A DNA stretch of 63,901 nt, counting the filler, from Octopus bimaculoides (lineage: Eukaryota), in the NCBI RefSeq assembly GCF_001194135.2. It is 7 parts of 7 records of this genome, joined end to end, with 100 filler letters (N's around TTAATTAATTAA, not from the genome) between each part and the next. Parts side by side here need not be neighbours in the genome. Positions count along the whole stretch, not along the records: positions 14,166 to 38,002 come from NC_069006.1; positions 38,103 to 42,991 come from NC_069002.1; 5 more parts are not named here. The stretch is one strand, 5' to 3'. The position numbers and the translations under genes are program-made. How positions within the stretch are numbered: the first letter of the stretch is position 1; every line of letters starts with the position of its first letter. Under the pieces are notes generated by a model. It had not been told where the DNA came from. It worked only from the letters and a program-made list of their open reading frames with translations, and did no database searches. Shown piece after piece: positions 26,798-40,630 of the stretch.

Positions 26798-27275
26798 TCG
26801 TGGTGTAAAGTGTAAACACCGTACATTGTTCGTAAAAGTTGAACTGTTGAAAAAATTTGACAGTGGTGTGTCTGTGAAAAGATTGTGTGAATAATACATC
26901 GTTGGATATTCGACAGTTTTCGACATAATAAAGGGGTGGGGGAAACAAACAGAAAGACCAGTTACTCTGTTTCTTTGCTAACAGTGAGTCAAAGAAACAA
27001 ATACCTAAAGGGAAATCGAAGAGAGTTGGTCACTGTGTAAAGCTAGATCACGCATTGATGAAGTGGTTTATATTGCGCTAAAGTGAAGGAGTCGAGTTGT
27101 CATGTGATCATGTGAAGGAACAAGCAAAAACATCCTATGTAAAACCTCAAACAAGAATACCAGTGCGATTACACTGAAGGCTGGCTGAAGCGTTTCAAGG
27201 ATTGACATGATTGAAAGTTTCGTGCCGTGTGTGGTGAAAAAGGATCAGCTGAAAATGCTGCTGTTGTTCATCATT
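26798..27275 (+). mobile_element. Tigger/pogo (Jerky-like) transposase fossil, N-terminal HTH-psq + CENP-B HTH region
   Basis: KHRTLFVKVELLKKFDSGVSVKRLCE*YIVGYSTVFDII, then LDHALMKW, YTEGWLKRFK and FRAVCGEKGSA. Contains stops and frameshifts. Confidence 0.85.
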
Positions 27276-27344
27276 GTTCTGACCAAGAGATTGTACAGAT
27301 GGTTGTAAATTCCCAATAGCAAGACAGTGATGAAAATACACACG

Positions 27345-27500
27345 ACGGGCTTCTTTCAGTTCCCGTCTACCAGAACCACACACAAGGCTTTGGTCGAAAC
27401 GAGGCTACAGTAGAAAGACACTTGCCCAAAATGCCATGTATTGGGACTGAAGCCGGAACCATGTGATTGGGAAGCAAGCTTCTTACCACACAGCCAATCC
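27345..27500 (-). mobile_element. SINE family B, 5' half
   Basis: gacgggcttctttcagttcccgtctacc...acttgcccaaaatgcc...ggaaccatgtgattgggaagcaagcttcttaccacacagcc. Confidence 0.85.
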
Positions 27501-28725
27501 TATTTAAAAGAAGAGAAACAAAACGGAGAGTAGGAAGTTAATAGTTGTTCGTTATTAACAGCAAATTATCCATCATTCCATGTATGTATGTATGTATGTA
27601 TGTATGTATGTATGTATGTATGTATGTATATGACTGTGCATGTGAATATTTACATTGCTTCAAGTATGTACGAGTGCGTCTGTGTGCGCATATATAATTT
27701 GCGCTCTGTATTTGTGTGTGTGAATATGTATGTATATGTGTGCGTTTGACAGATGACAGCAAGATGGTTATTCTGTTAAGGCGGTAAATCTAAATACTAG
27801 CCGAGTAGTAACCTTTACAAACTTCTGGCGGGGTTAAAAGGTTGAAGGGAGGCAATATGAAGATATAGATAAAATAAACAAAGCTGCAACCGATGGAGGG
27901 GGGCTGGAACGGCGGCGGGGTGGCTGCTGAATGAATTGGCCTCTGACTTCTTTTTCTACAGCTGTCATATTCATTCAGGACACATCTTCAATAATTGGTC
28001 TTATATATATATATATATATATATATATNNNNNNNNNNNNNNNNNNNNNNNNNNNNNNNNNNNNNNNNNNNNNNNNNNNNNNNNNNNNNNNNNNNNNNNN
28101 NNNNNNNNNNNNNNNNNNNNNNNNNNNNNNNNNNNNNNNNNNNNNNNNNNNNNNNNNNNNNNNNNNNNNNNNNNNNNNNNNNNNNNNNNNNNNNNNNNNN
28201 NNNNNNNNNNNNNNNNNNNNNNNNNNNNNNNNNNNNNNNNNNNNNNNNNNNNNNNNNNNNNNNNNNNNNNNNNNNNNNNNNNNNNNNNNNNNNNNNNNNN
28301 NNNNNNNNNNNNNNNNNNNNNNNNNNNNNNNNNNNNNNNNNNNNNNNNNNNNNNNNNNNNNNNNNNNNNNNNNNNNNNNNNNNNNNNNNNNNNNNNNNNN
28401 NNNNNNNNNNNNNNNNNNNNNNNNNNNNNNNNNNNNNNNNNNNNNNNNNNNNNNNNNNNNNNNNNNNNNNNNNNNNNNNNNNNNNNNNNNNNNNNNNNNN
28501 NNNNNNNNNNNNNNNNNNNNNNNNNNNNNNNNNNNNNNNNNNNNNNNNNNNNNNNNNNNNNNNNNNNNNNNNNNNNNNNNNNNNNNNNNNNNNNNNNNNN
28601 NNNNNNNNNNNNNNNNNNNNNNNNNNNNNNNNNNNNNNNNNNNNNNNNNNNNNNNNNNNNNNNNNNNNNNNNNNNNNNNNNNNNNNNNNNNNNNNNNNNN
28701 NNNNNNNNNNNNNNNNNNNNNNNNN

Positions 28726-28756
<31 letters not shown>

Positions 28757-28759
<3 letters not shown>

Positions 28760-29160
28760 GACCTTGGCATTCTTGGTAAACTGGGTGAGTGGCTGCATGA
28801 CTTCCTTAAAGACAGAAGTCAGGTAGTTACAGCCATTGGTGCTCATTATGAAGTTACTCAAATCCCAAGTGGTGTTCCCCAGGGAACTGTTGTTCCGGGG
28901 CCACTACTGTTCATAATAGCCCTCTTAGGCATGCCCACGGTTACTTGGACAGCCACTGTCACTAGCTATGGCGATGAAACAAAATTTTCACATGTAATAA
29001 GAAAACACGGCGACGTCACAAGCTTACAGCGGGACCTGAATTCGATATACAAGTTGGTCGAAATAAACAACATGCAGTTTAATGCTGTAAAATTTCAAGC
29101 ACTGCACTATCACCTCACGAATGCACTAAAGCCTGCATGTGCAGGACCCAAATGCATTAC
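28757..29160 (+). mobile_element. CR1/L2/jockey-group reverse transcriptase fragment
   Basis: GKLGEWLHDFLKDRSQVV...SGVPQGTVVPGPLLFII...TSYGDETK (degenerate YADD)...LQRDLNSIYK...NNMQFNAVKFQALHY. Confidence 0.9.
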
Positions 29161-29379
29161 AACCAGTCAACGAGGCAATGCTTTTTTTAAGCTGAAGGAA
29201 CGTGTAGTCATCAAGTTATTGACAACGGAAGTCTATAGAGTGTTCGAAATTCACTGAATGTTACAGGCTGTTTTCTGGTATCTCACCTTAGTCAGCAGAA
29301 TGGGCATAGGTAGATGAAGTTTAAAGAAAGAAGGCCAGTACTGAAAACAACTCGATGACAACCATTTACCATAATTTAA

Positions 29380-29790
29380 TATTGATTTCAAATTTTTGCC
29401 ACAAAGCCAGCAAATCTAATGGGAGTGGGTAAGCCGATTATATCGACCCCAGTGCTCAACTGGTACTTATTTTATCGACCCTGCTGAGATGAAAGGCAAA
29501 AATAGATCTCAGCGTAAAAATCAGAACCTAAAGCTGAACGCAATGCCACTATGAATTTTGCCCGGAGTGCTAAAAATTCTGCCAGCTCACCGCCTGATTC
29601 AAATTTTAGTACAGGGTGAACAATTTCGGGGGAGAAGTTTAGTCTGTTACATCAACCAGTACATATGTTATCGACCCCGAAAGGATGAAAAATAAAGTCG
29701 ACCTTGATAGAATTTGAACCCACACTAAAACGGACGAAATGCTGCTACAGATTTCGCCCCACACGGTAATGATTCTGCCAGCTCATCGAC
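29380..29790 (-). mobile_element. Two tandem SINE family A copies
   Basis: Two successive ttggtttcaaatttt/gattcaaatttt...tcgacccc...gatgaaa...aaagtcgacc...ttctgccagctc units, with the junction near 29597. Confidence 0.8.
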
Positions 29791-31763
29791 TCTTGATCAC
29801 TTAACATTAGATGCGGGATATCATTCAAAAGTTGAGATATTGAATGTCAAACGTAGCATACGATACGGAATACCATACGAGCAATTATTAACAATAGATA
29901 CATATNNNNNNNNNNNNNNNNNNNNNNNNNNNNNNNNNNNNNNNNNNNNNNNNNNNNNNNNNNNNNNNNNNNNNNNNNNNNNNNNNNNNNNNNNNNNNNN
30001 NNNNNNNNNNNNNNNNNNNNNNNNNNNNNNNNNNNNNNNNNNNNNNNNNNNNNNNNNNNNNNNNNNNNNNNNNNNNNNNNNNNNNNNNNNNNNNNNNNNN
30101 NNNNNNNNNNNNNNNNNNNNNNNNNNNNNNNNNNNNNNNNNNNNNNNNNNNNNNNNNNNNNNNNNNNNNNNNNNNNNNNNNNNNNNNNNNNNNNNNNNNN
30201 NNNNNNNNNNNNNNNNNNNNNNNNNNNNNNNNNNNNNNNNNNNNNNNNNNNNNNNNNNNNNNNNNNNNNNNNNNNNNNNNNNNNNNNNNNNNNNNNNNNN
30301 NNNNNNNNNNNNNNNNNNNNNNNNNNNNNNNNNNNNNNNNNNNNNNNNNNNNNNNNNNNNNNNNNNNNNNNNNNNNNNNNNNNNNNNNNNNNNNNNNNNN
30401 NNNNNNNNNNNNNNNNNNNNNNNNNNNNNNNNNNNNNNNNNNNNNNNNNNNNNNNNNNNNNNNNNNNNNNNNNNNNNNNNNNNNNNNNNNNNNNNNNNNN
30501 NNNNNNNNNNNNNNNNNNNNNNNNTTTTTTTTTTGCGAGATGTTTGTTTGTATATATTTGTTTTGTATAAACAATTGCTCTCAACGAGAACTCTGAACTT
30601 TGTTACCATAAATTCTAAAGAGAAATGAAATTTATTCATTAAAGAAGGAAAATGAGTAAGAATAAAGGGAAAGTAGATGAGAGAAAAACATGGTAAACAA
30701 CAACAACAACAGCAACAACAACAACAACAACAACAATAATAATAATAATGATAAAATGAATATGTGGCGAAATGTTAAGAAACATCCGTTCACACACGTA
30801 CATGTGCATTACACATATATACAGATGCATATACATACACATACACAAACACACACATATATATATATATATGCGCATACTTTCATATACATACATGTAT
30901 GCACATCTGTACTAATAAAACCTCGTAAAAGGGCTCATATGCAGACGGATGCAAAAAGATATGGACATACACAAGCGAAGATATACAGGCTGACATATAG
31001 AAACTCTCATAGACACAGATGTACATTATGTATGTATGTAGGTATGTGTTTATGTATGTATATTTATATGTATGTGTGTATATATATATATATATGTATG
31101 TGTGTATGTATGTATGTACGTGTGTATGTATGTTTATATATATGCATGTATGTGTGTATATATGTATGTATGTATATATGTATGTGTGTATGTATGTGTA
31201 TGTATGTGTATATATGTATATATATATGTATGTGTGTCTATGTATGTATGTATGCATGCATGCATGGATGAATGTATGTATGCACATATATATATATATA
31301 TATATATATACCCGTACATACATATGTAGCTAGCTAGACAGACTGACAGACAGATAGATAGTTAGATTGATAGATACATACATACATACATACATACATA
31401 CATACATAGCGAGACAAACAGACAGACAGTCAGAAAGATAGATAGATAGATATGTGTATGCATGTATGTACACACACTCACACCCACATATTTAATGACA
31501 TAGCACAAACACACGTCCACACACGTGAAGCGACATATACACAAGACCTTGCTATATGTTCACATGCAAACAGACTTGTAGAAATACAAGCAAACACAAA
31601 CAACGATCCGTACAGCAAAGCACACATGCTTCGTGGTTCATACTGGCGCATTAATACACAGAAGTATTCAGCCACAAAGATGCACAACACAGACTTATAA
31701 ATTCTCATACAAACAAGTCTGTACAAACAGTGAAATACAAACAAACGAACTAATACACACATA

Positions 31764-31813
<50 letters not shown>

Positions 31814-32777
31814 AATCCACAAACTATAATTATGAGTAAACATGTAAAGCGAAGACGTTTTAAAAGAAAGAGCTGCGAGAACGATAGAGATTCGGAAGGG
31901 TAGAGAGGGGCGGAGAGAAAGACGAAGTGATGAGAGAGGGTGGAGTAGAGAAGAAGGGAAAGAGAGAGAGAGGAGGGAATAGGAGGAGGAAGGAAAAAGA
32001 GAGAGTGACAGAGAGAGGGTAGGAGCGATGATATTTGAAACGTATATGGAATTGGTAAAAGGAACGAAAGCAAATTGTGAAGAATGTAGAAAAGGTAGAG
32101 AGGAAAGAGAAAAAAGAGACAGATAAGGTAAAGAAGTTGGTGTGAACGAAAGAGAAGAATGAATTTTTAAAAATAAGTACAATTTTTTTAAAAAATGAAA
32201 CAAGGAATGAAGGGAAGAAGTTAATAACAGATGAATGAAATAAAAAGTATACGAGAAAGACACGATGAATGGATGAAGGATTTTCAAGTAGAGAAGGAAA
32301 GATATGAACAGGGAAAGAATGAAAGATGAAGTGAATGAAAGAAATCAAGGCAGACGGGAAAATGGGAAACGAGGATGGAATTTAGACAGTAACAAGCGAT
32401 AGAAAGAAAAGAAAAGAAAGGAAGGAAGGAAGGAAAGAAAAAAATGCAAGCAAAGTTCATAACGTCTACATACGTACGCACTTACACAAGCATATGTGTG
32501 AGTACGAATGTAGACGTTATGAACGCAGGAGGTTTTTAAGTCTATGTATTGCGAGAATATATTTTTCCTACCTATTAGAGTAACTTCCCTTTTATTCGAC
32601 GGATTTTTATAGCGATGAGAGAGCATCACAGCTCTTAGATCTGGCATTTGATACTCTGAGTCATATTATGACGACTTACTGATGGTCCTAAACTACGCAT
32701 ATATAAATTCTCTATTTATCTAATATCCAGCTCTCATTGTTTTGTTGTCATTTTATTATTATTATCATTATTATCAT

Positions 32778-32815
<38 letters not shown>

Positions 32816-33622
32816 ACCAAAACAGTTTAATTCAAATTCGTTTCGAGTGTGATGCTAGTCGTCAGCCATTTTTTGATGGAACTGGTTGAGTGCCCTTCTT
32901 TCGTTTGTCAACTCATTCGTATATATATATATATATANNNNNNNNNNNNNNNNNNNNNNNNNNNNNNNNNNNNNNNNNNNNNNNNNNNNNNNNNNNNNNN
33001 NNNNNNNNNNNNNNNNNNNNNNNNNNNNNNNNNNNNNNNNNNNNNNNNNNNNNNNNNNNNNNNNNNNNNNNNNNNNNNNNNNNNNNNNNNNNNNNNNNNN
33101 NNNNNNNNNNNNNNNNNNNNNNNNNNNNNNNNNNNNNNNNNNNNNNNNNNNNNNNNNNNNNNNNNNNNNNNNNNNNNNNNNNNNNNNNNNNNNNNNNNNN
33201 NNNNNNNNNNNNNNNNNNNNNNNNNNNNNNNNNNNNNNNNNNNNNNNNNNNNNNNNNNNNNNNNNNNNNNNNNNNNNNNNNNNNNNNNNNNNNNNNNNNN
33301 NNNNNNNNNNNNNNNNNNNNNNNNNNNNNNNNNNNNNNNNNNNNNNNNNNNNNNNNNNNNNNNNNNNNNNNNNNNNNNNNNNNNNNNNNNNNNNNNNNNN
33401 NNNNNNNNNNNNNNNNNNNNNNNNNNNNNNNNNNNNNNNNNNNNNNNNNNNNNNNNNNNNNNNNNNNNNNNNNNNNNNNNNNNNNNNNNNNNNNNNNNNN
33501 NNNNNNNNNNNNNNNNNNNNNNNNNNNNNNNNNNNNNNNNNNNNNNNNNNNNNNNNNNNNNNNNNNNNNNNNNNNNNNNNNNNNNNNNNNNNNNNNNNNN
33601 NNNNNNNNNNNNNNNNNNNNNN

Positions 33623-33661
<39 letters not shown>

Positions 33662-33737
33662 ATAGGTTAAAAAATCATATATTAATTAATATCGATTAAT
33701 TACCAGGAAATATATATATATATATATACACACATAC

Positions 33738-33900
33738 ACGGCGGCTTTCTTTCAGTTTCCGTCTACCAGATCTGCTCACAAGGCTTTGGTCGACCCGAGG
33801 CTATAGTAGAATATACTTGCCCAGGGTGCCATTGTATGGGACTAAATTCGAGACGATGCGGTTGGGAAGTGTGCTTCTTATCTCACACTCATGCCTGCGC
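33738..33900 (-). mobile_element. SINE family B, 5' half
   Basis: ggctttctttcagtttccgtctaccagatc..cacaaggctttggtcgacccgaggctatagtagaa..acttgcccagggtgcc. Confidence 0.85.
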
Positions 33901-34509
33901 TTTTATACATATTTAGAAAATTAAAATAAAGAATAAAAAGGAAAAATAAGAAGTCCTAAGAGAATAAAACGGAAAAAAATGATTAAAATGTAAAAGGAAG
34001 TACTAGACGTAATCGTATAGGAAAAGTCATAACTTTCAGTGGTGGCTCAAAATTCTATAAAACATAATTCTGTTACCACTCGCCATATCGTAGTTCACCT
34101 ATGATGCACTCAGTACATCGCGGTTTTTTCTGGCTTATATATGTAAACATATATCGCGGATTCCTCAGTACACCACTAATCCCTGCGGCCGATAGGCATT
34201 TGCATTTTTTAGATTTTAATTCTTTCTGTGGAAGGTTTTAGGACGTACCACATGCGACAGTCGAAGGATTACTGTACAATAATTTTGTGCCTTACAAGGA
34301 TACAAAAGTCCTTGCAAGTAATCGTAATGGTTGCAGTTTTAATATGGCCTGAAAAGAGAAGTTTGAGGGAATGGACAATTTACTTCTGTCAAACTTTGAA
34401 CTATTATATAACAGCCACAAAATACTAACACGTTTGTGAGCTGTTCTCTCCGTGTTTATCATATTTGCGCACCCATCTTTCACCACCTGTCCGTCTTCTA
34501 CTACGCGGG

Positions 34510-34557
<48 letters not shown>

Positions 34558-34978
34558 NNNNNNNNNNNNNNNNNNNNNNNNNNNNNNNNNNNNNNNNNNN
34601 NNNNNNNNNNNNNNNNNNNNNNNNNNNNNNNNNNNNNNNNNNNNNNNNNNNNNNNNNNNNNNNNNNNNNNNNNNNNNNNNNNNNNNNNNNNNNNNNNNNN
34701 NNNNNNNNNNNNNNNNNNNNNNNNNNNNNNNNNNNNNNNNNNNNNNNNNNNNNNNNNNNNNNNNNNNNNNNNNNNNNNNNNNNNNNNNNNNNNNNNNNNN
34801 NNNNNNNNNNNNNNNNNNNNNNNNNNNNNNNNNNNNNNNNNNNNNNNNNNNNNNNNNNNNNNNNNNNNNNNNNNNNNNNNNNNNNNNNNNNNNNNNNNNN
34901 NNNNNNNNNNNNNNNNNNNNNNNNNNNNNNNNNNNNNNNNNNNNNNNNNNNNNNNNNNNNNNNNNNNNNNNNNNNNNN

Positions 34979-35043
<65 letters not shown>

Positions 35044-35732
35044 TATATTTATATATACCAACATACATACGTACATTGTTACATACATATGTATGCATGT
35101 ATGTATGCATGTAGGTATGTGTGAATGGACGTACGTACATACTAAACAAGTTATTTGAAAATTAATATTGCTTCTATCTGTTATTACAGAGAAATCTTTG
35201 CGATGATATTTGCGCTTTTACTTTATTAAACATCTTCATAATATTTGTCCACCTTTCTCTCCTTCTTTTCCTTTTTTCTTCACCCCTCTCCTTACTGATC
35301 TTCTTCATTTCTCTTTCTTTTGCTTCGTTTCAAATTATTTTGTCTTCTTTTCTTTGTGTCACTTCTTATCTCATTTTGCTCATGAGTTGTTTTTCTTTTG
35401 TTTTTTCTTTCTTTTTAATATATCTACTTTTCGTTCTCCATTGTTTGTTCCTCTCCTTCTTTCTTTCTTTCTTTCTTTCTTTCTTTTTTTCTATCGTTCT
35501 TTGATTCAGGTGTACTTTCTTTCCTAATTTATTTACCCCCGCTTTCTAGCTTCTGCTATTTTCTCTCCCACTTTCTGCCCCCACCCCACTATCGCTCACT
35601 CACTCCCTCTCTATCTTTGTTCTTCGGTTTCTCTCTTTTTTTCTCTCTTATCATCTGTCTGTCTCTCGCTCCCTCCTTTTGTCCGCTCTGTCTGTCTCAT
35701 CCTCTCTCCTCCCTCTCTTTCATTGTCACTGC

Positions 35733-35784
<52 letters not shown>

Positions 35785-36955
35785 TGCTTTATCTCGGTTT
35801 CTCACTCTTTGTCTCTTTACCTGCCTTTCTTTGTCTCACCCTCTGTTTCTCTCTAGCTCTCTCCCCCTCTTCGTTTGTCTCCCTATCTCCCCCTCCTTGT
35901 TTGTCTCTCTCTGTCTTTCCCTCTGTGTCTCTCTCACCTTCTATCTGCCCCTCTCTCTCACTCACTCTTTGTCTCACTCCGTCACTCATTGTCTTTCTCA
36001 TATTTCATTTCTATTATTTCTTCAATCAACTTTTCTTTTCCCCTCCTTTACTTTCCCTTCTCCTTTTTCTTTCCCCCTCTTTCTCCTTTTCCTTTCTCAA
36101 ACTTCACTGCTCTCAACTTTTCTTCCTTTCTTTGCCAGCCTCTTTTCCTCTAGTATTCATTCCCCTTTGTTATCAAGCTTACGTGTGTCGTCTGCTTCCG
36201 TCAATGGAGACATCTTATTTGAAGAAGAGGCCCACTTCAGAATTCAATAAAACTGGTTTTAATAACAGAATGCACTGAACAGAATTACAGAACCAAATAA
36301 ATTAGTAATACTTAATGCCTTCCCCGTCAGCTTCAACAACGAAATTTCCAGTTCGAGCAACAGAACTAACCATTTATTGAATTATAATGTTAAGTAGTTG
36401 CGTATTCCACAGGCCCACTTGTACATTTAATATAATAGCGAAACAGAGGGTGGTCTTTTGAATTACGGGTACGGTTCATCCTACACAGTAAACGGATAAG
36501 TATTTCGTATATACACTTGTGCGCCCTTCAATTGACCCTTAAGGCGGAATGAGCGTGACACTTCGTGTGACAAGACTGGTTGCGTGAATTACAGGAAACT
36601 TTTACGATTCATTTGCTTCTGACATTGGATAGCGGCCATGCTGGAACACCGCCATGAAGTGGTTAGTCGAACAAATGGACAGCACGACTCATTTTTAAAG
36701 CCTGGTAATATTCTATGGAGGTTTAATTAATTTTTTTTTGATATTTTTTAATAACAATGTTATGAGGATGTATACAAACCAACAGTGGCTGTTAAGAAGT
36801 GGGTTGGTAATAAATAAATACAAGGTAACACACACACACACACACACATATCAACAGATATACTTTACGACGGGCTTCTACACAGTTTCCGTAGTGCACA
36901 TTCACTCAGGTACTTGGTCAGTCCAGGGCTATAGCATAAGACTACCCAAGGTGCC

Positions 36956-36987
<32 letters not shown>

Positions 36988-37087
36988 NNNNNNNNNNNNN
37001 NNNNNNNNNNNNNNNNNNNNNNNNNNNNNNNNNNNNNNNNNNNNNNNNNNNNNNNNNNNNNNNNNNNNNNNNNNNNNNNNNNNNNNN

Positions 37088-37131
<44 letters not shown>

Positions 37132-37486
37132 CCGCTGGTGTTGCTGTGTGATAGGTAGCTTGCTTTCTGACCACATGGTCCCGGGTTCAGTCTCATTGCG
37201 TGGCACCTTGGACAAATGTCTTCCACTATAACCCCGGGCCGACCAAAGTCTTCTGAAAAGATATGGTAGACGAATAATGAAAGGAGAGGGGTGGTGGTCG
37301 TGGTAATGGTGATGATGAAGATTATGACGACGATGACGACTATGATGATGATGATGACAATAATAACGAGGTTAACGATGATGATGATGATGATGATGGT
37401 GATGAGGACCATGATGGTGATAAGGAAGATGATGATGACGATGATGGTGACGATGATGGTGACGATAATGATGATGATGATGATGA

Positions 37487-37518
<32 letters not shown>

Positions 37519-37669
37519 CAGCTGTACTGTCCCAGATAAAGTATCAACAGAATTCCATTTTTTTAGCTTTTAATTAAATTTTGCATAGGCAGCAGATGAT
37601 CGAAGATTAAGTTCTTCCTGAAAGAAAAAAAAACACATAAGAAATATACAGAACACACTAACCAAACGT

Positions 37670-38000
37670 AGCGCAGGCGTGGCTGAGTGGTAAGAAGTAC
37701 CACATGGTACTGGGGTTCAGTCACACTGCGTGGCACCTTGGCCAAAGGTCTTCTACTATAGCCTCGGACCAACCAAAGCCCTGCTAGTGGATTGGAAGCC
37801 GGAAACTGAAAGAAGTTCATCGTTAACATGTGTGTGTGTGTGAGTCTGTGCGTTTGTGTGTGTGTGCGTGTGTGAGTCTGTGCGTTTGTGTGTGTGTGCG
37901 TGTGTGTGTGTGTGCATTTTATCCCCATCATCGCTTGACAACAAGCGTACGTGTGTTTAAGTTGCCGTAACTTAACAGTCCAGCAAAAGCGACCGATAGA
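37670..38000 (+). mobile_element. SINE family B (further partial copies at 36865-36955, 37130-37270, 38143-38210)
   Basis: gcaggcgtggctgagtggtaagaag...gttcagtcacactgcgtggcaccttggcc...ctactatagcctcggacc...catcgcttgacaac...gaccgataga. Confidence 0.8.
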
Positions 38001-38102
38001 TTNNNNNNNNNNNNNNNNNNNNNNNNNNNNNNNNNNNNNNNNNNNNTTAATTAATTAANNNNNNNNNNNNNNNNNNNNNNNNNNNNNNNNNNNNNNNNNN
38101 NN

Positions 38103-38140
<38 letters not shown>

Positions 38141-38655
38141 CAGCGTGGCTGTGTGGTACGAAGCTTGCTTCTCTACCACATGGTTCCGGGTTCAGTCCCA
38201 TTGTGTGGCACCGCCACCACAACCACCACTACCACCACGATCCCACCACCGCCACCACCGCCACTGTCACTAGTATCTATGACCCAACCTATGAGGAGAA
38301 ATATCACTAAGCCCTTCTTGTGCTCTACCTACATCTAGGTCTAACATCTAGGTCTGAGCAAATAAGGACGGTGGGGGAGGATGACATCCTTAACTAACCA
38401 CCACCACCAACAAACGATATGGTAACGAGGATATCTGAGCTTCTTTTGATAAACAAACCCTCCCTCCTTTCCCCTACACACTCACTTACCCCCATTTCCT
38501 CGTCTGGTCCCTTTCTCCGCGGCATCGCCACAAATTAAAGCTAAGTGCTTTACCTAAGGAGCAGTTATTGACCTTTTAAACCGATTTGTAAAGTTACACA
38601 CCCCATCAAGCATNNNNNNNNNNCAAGCATATCTGGGGCATCGTATGTATTATGA

Positions 38656-38697
<42 letters not shown>

Positions 38698-39089
38698 ATA
38701 CACGTATGCATGTAAGGATATACGTGCGCGCAGGGCCGTGTGTGTATGCGAGTATGATGGCAGTTTCTTCGCGTCCGAATTCCACGAAGAAGTGTGGCTC
38801 ACCCTCAAAGAACTTTGTAACTTTGTAAAGCGATCCTTAACGCTGCCGGACTTCTCTTCTTGTCTGCGGTCAGTAGTTGGATGGATGAATGGATGGATGG
38901 ATGGATGTACGCATGTATATATGTATGGACAAAAACAGGCGTATTAAATACCATACAACATAAATTCTTGATTCTTTAAAATTATCTCCGTCTCGAGAGC
39001 AGGTGACACGATTACCAAATGGCAATCGAGGCCAGATCCATATAAGAAAGGGAAACAATCTCAAAGATAAAAAACAAAAATCCTCCTAA

Positions 39090-39715
39090 GTTGACATGTT
39101 ATTAGGGATAGAGACGGGTAGTCCATTGGTATCCGATGACAACAAAGTCTGTGTTCTCAGCGATGGGAGCGCATGTGATTCCGCAGTCCAAAGCTGGAAG
39201 GACACAGACGCTCGCAGATGTCACAGCGATAGTCTGTTGACTGGATTGAGGTGGATGCTGCCTTGTGACGTATTTCTCTTGCAGCGTCGAGACATCGTCG
39301 CCGGTCCTCTTCAAAGGTAGCTGCTATTTGTGAGGTGAGAAGCCTCCTCGCTGATCTGTCTGCGGCAGAGACTTCCAGTTCGTCAGGTCTAATGCCGTGC
39401 CATTTGCGGTTACTTTTCAGAGTGTCTTTGTATCTCAATTTAGGTCTTTCTCGTTTGCGTGGGCCCTGCGTGAGCTTGCTGTACAACAGTTGTCTGGGTA
39501 CACGGTTTAAGTCATTCTGATGACATGGCCAGTCCAGCGTAACTGAGTCTTCAACAACATTGACTCAATCCTTGTCGAACAAGCTCTGTCCAGTACTTCT
39601 TGATTTGTCACGCTGTCCTGCCAGTGAAGGCCCATGATCCTGCGCACTGCCCTTGTGTGAAACTGTTCCAGCTATTTAATGTGTCGACGGTATAGAGTCC
39701 ATGTTTGACATCCAG
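39090..39715 (-). mobile_element. RTE-clade (BovB-like) LINE 3' fragment ending in a C2H2 finger
   Basis: LYRRHIK*LEQFHTRAVRRIMGLHWQDSVTNQEVLDRA..IESMLLKTQLRWTGHVIRM, then YSKLTQGPRKRERPKLRYKDTLK...CDICERLCPSSFGLRNHMRSHR* (39486-39157). Confidence 0.9.
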
Positions 39716-39917
39716 TGGCTATTAAGGTTTAGGACAAGTTTATTGTCCAGAGATAAGAGGACACTTTATGGACTGGACAAGTGTTTCTGCTCAGACGCCT
39801 ATTGAGGCACAAACAAGTGCCTCCCCCCTCACCAGACTGTCCTCTAATCTCTAGACAATGAGCAGGTCCTTTTTTGTGGCATGTCAGATTTAGCGTAGTT
39901 GCAGTCCAAGACAACGT

Positions 39918-40013
39918 AGCCAACACTGACCACAGCCAACACTGACCACAGCCAACACTGACCACAGCCAACACTGACCACAGCCAACACTGACCACGGC
40001 CAATACTGACCAC
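39918..40013. repeat. 16-bp minisatellite (agccaacactgaccac), 6 copies
   Basis: Five perfect copies plus one variant (ggccaatactgaccac). Confidence 0.97.
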
Positions 40014-40590
40014 ATACAGCCCCAGCAAAAGTCAATATTAAGCAAAGGAAGAATAGAGCCATCAGTGTACCGAGTGACAAATACACAGCCATAATAAGTC
40101 GACTGAACAGACAGGAAGTCCCTTGATGTTTCCTGTGTTTTAGGGATATGTAAACCCTCCCTGCTAACCCTGGTACCATCTGTCCTCTGTTTAGTATAGA
40201 GAAAGGACAGGAAGGAAGGGAGGGAGAGAGAGAGAGAGGGAGAGAGAGAGGAGGTGCGTGTGTTACGCGCGCGCATCCGTAAGAGAGAGGGTGGGAGAGA
40301 ACAACGCGGTAAAGTATCGTGTGTGAATTAATTGTCTAAGTGTATGTATGTATGTATGTATGTATGTATGTATGTGTGTATAAATGAATGGCTGAATAAA
40401 TTAGTGAATAAATGTGTGTATGCGTGTGTGCGTGTGTGTGTGTGTGTGTGTGTATGTGTGTGTAAATAGACTTTGGCTAAAATGCGTGTATGAATATGTC
40501 TATGAGTTTTTGTACGCGTGTATTTATCTGTATAGTTATATACGTACACACACACACAGATGTATAAGCTCTTCATACAAACATGCCGTT

Positions 40591-40630
<40 letters not shown>

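Noticed and set aside
31860-36150. Long purine-rich (31860-32450) and pyrimidine-rich (35200-36150) tracts giving F/L/S-rich ORFs
   Set aside because: These are degenerate (GA/TC)n low-complexity sequence, and the ORFs are compositional artefacts.
39918-40013. Short regular repeats resembling a CRISPR array (also 11511-11600 and 48249-48569)
   Set aside because: The units are directly tandem without unique spacers, there are no cas genes, and the context is eukaryotic.
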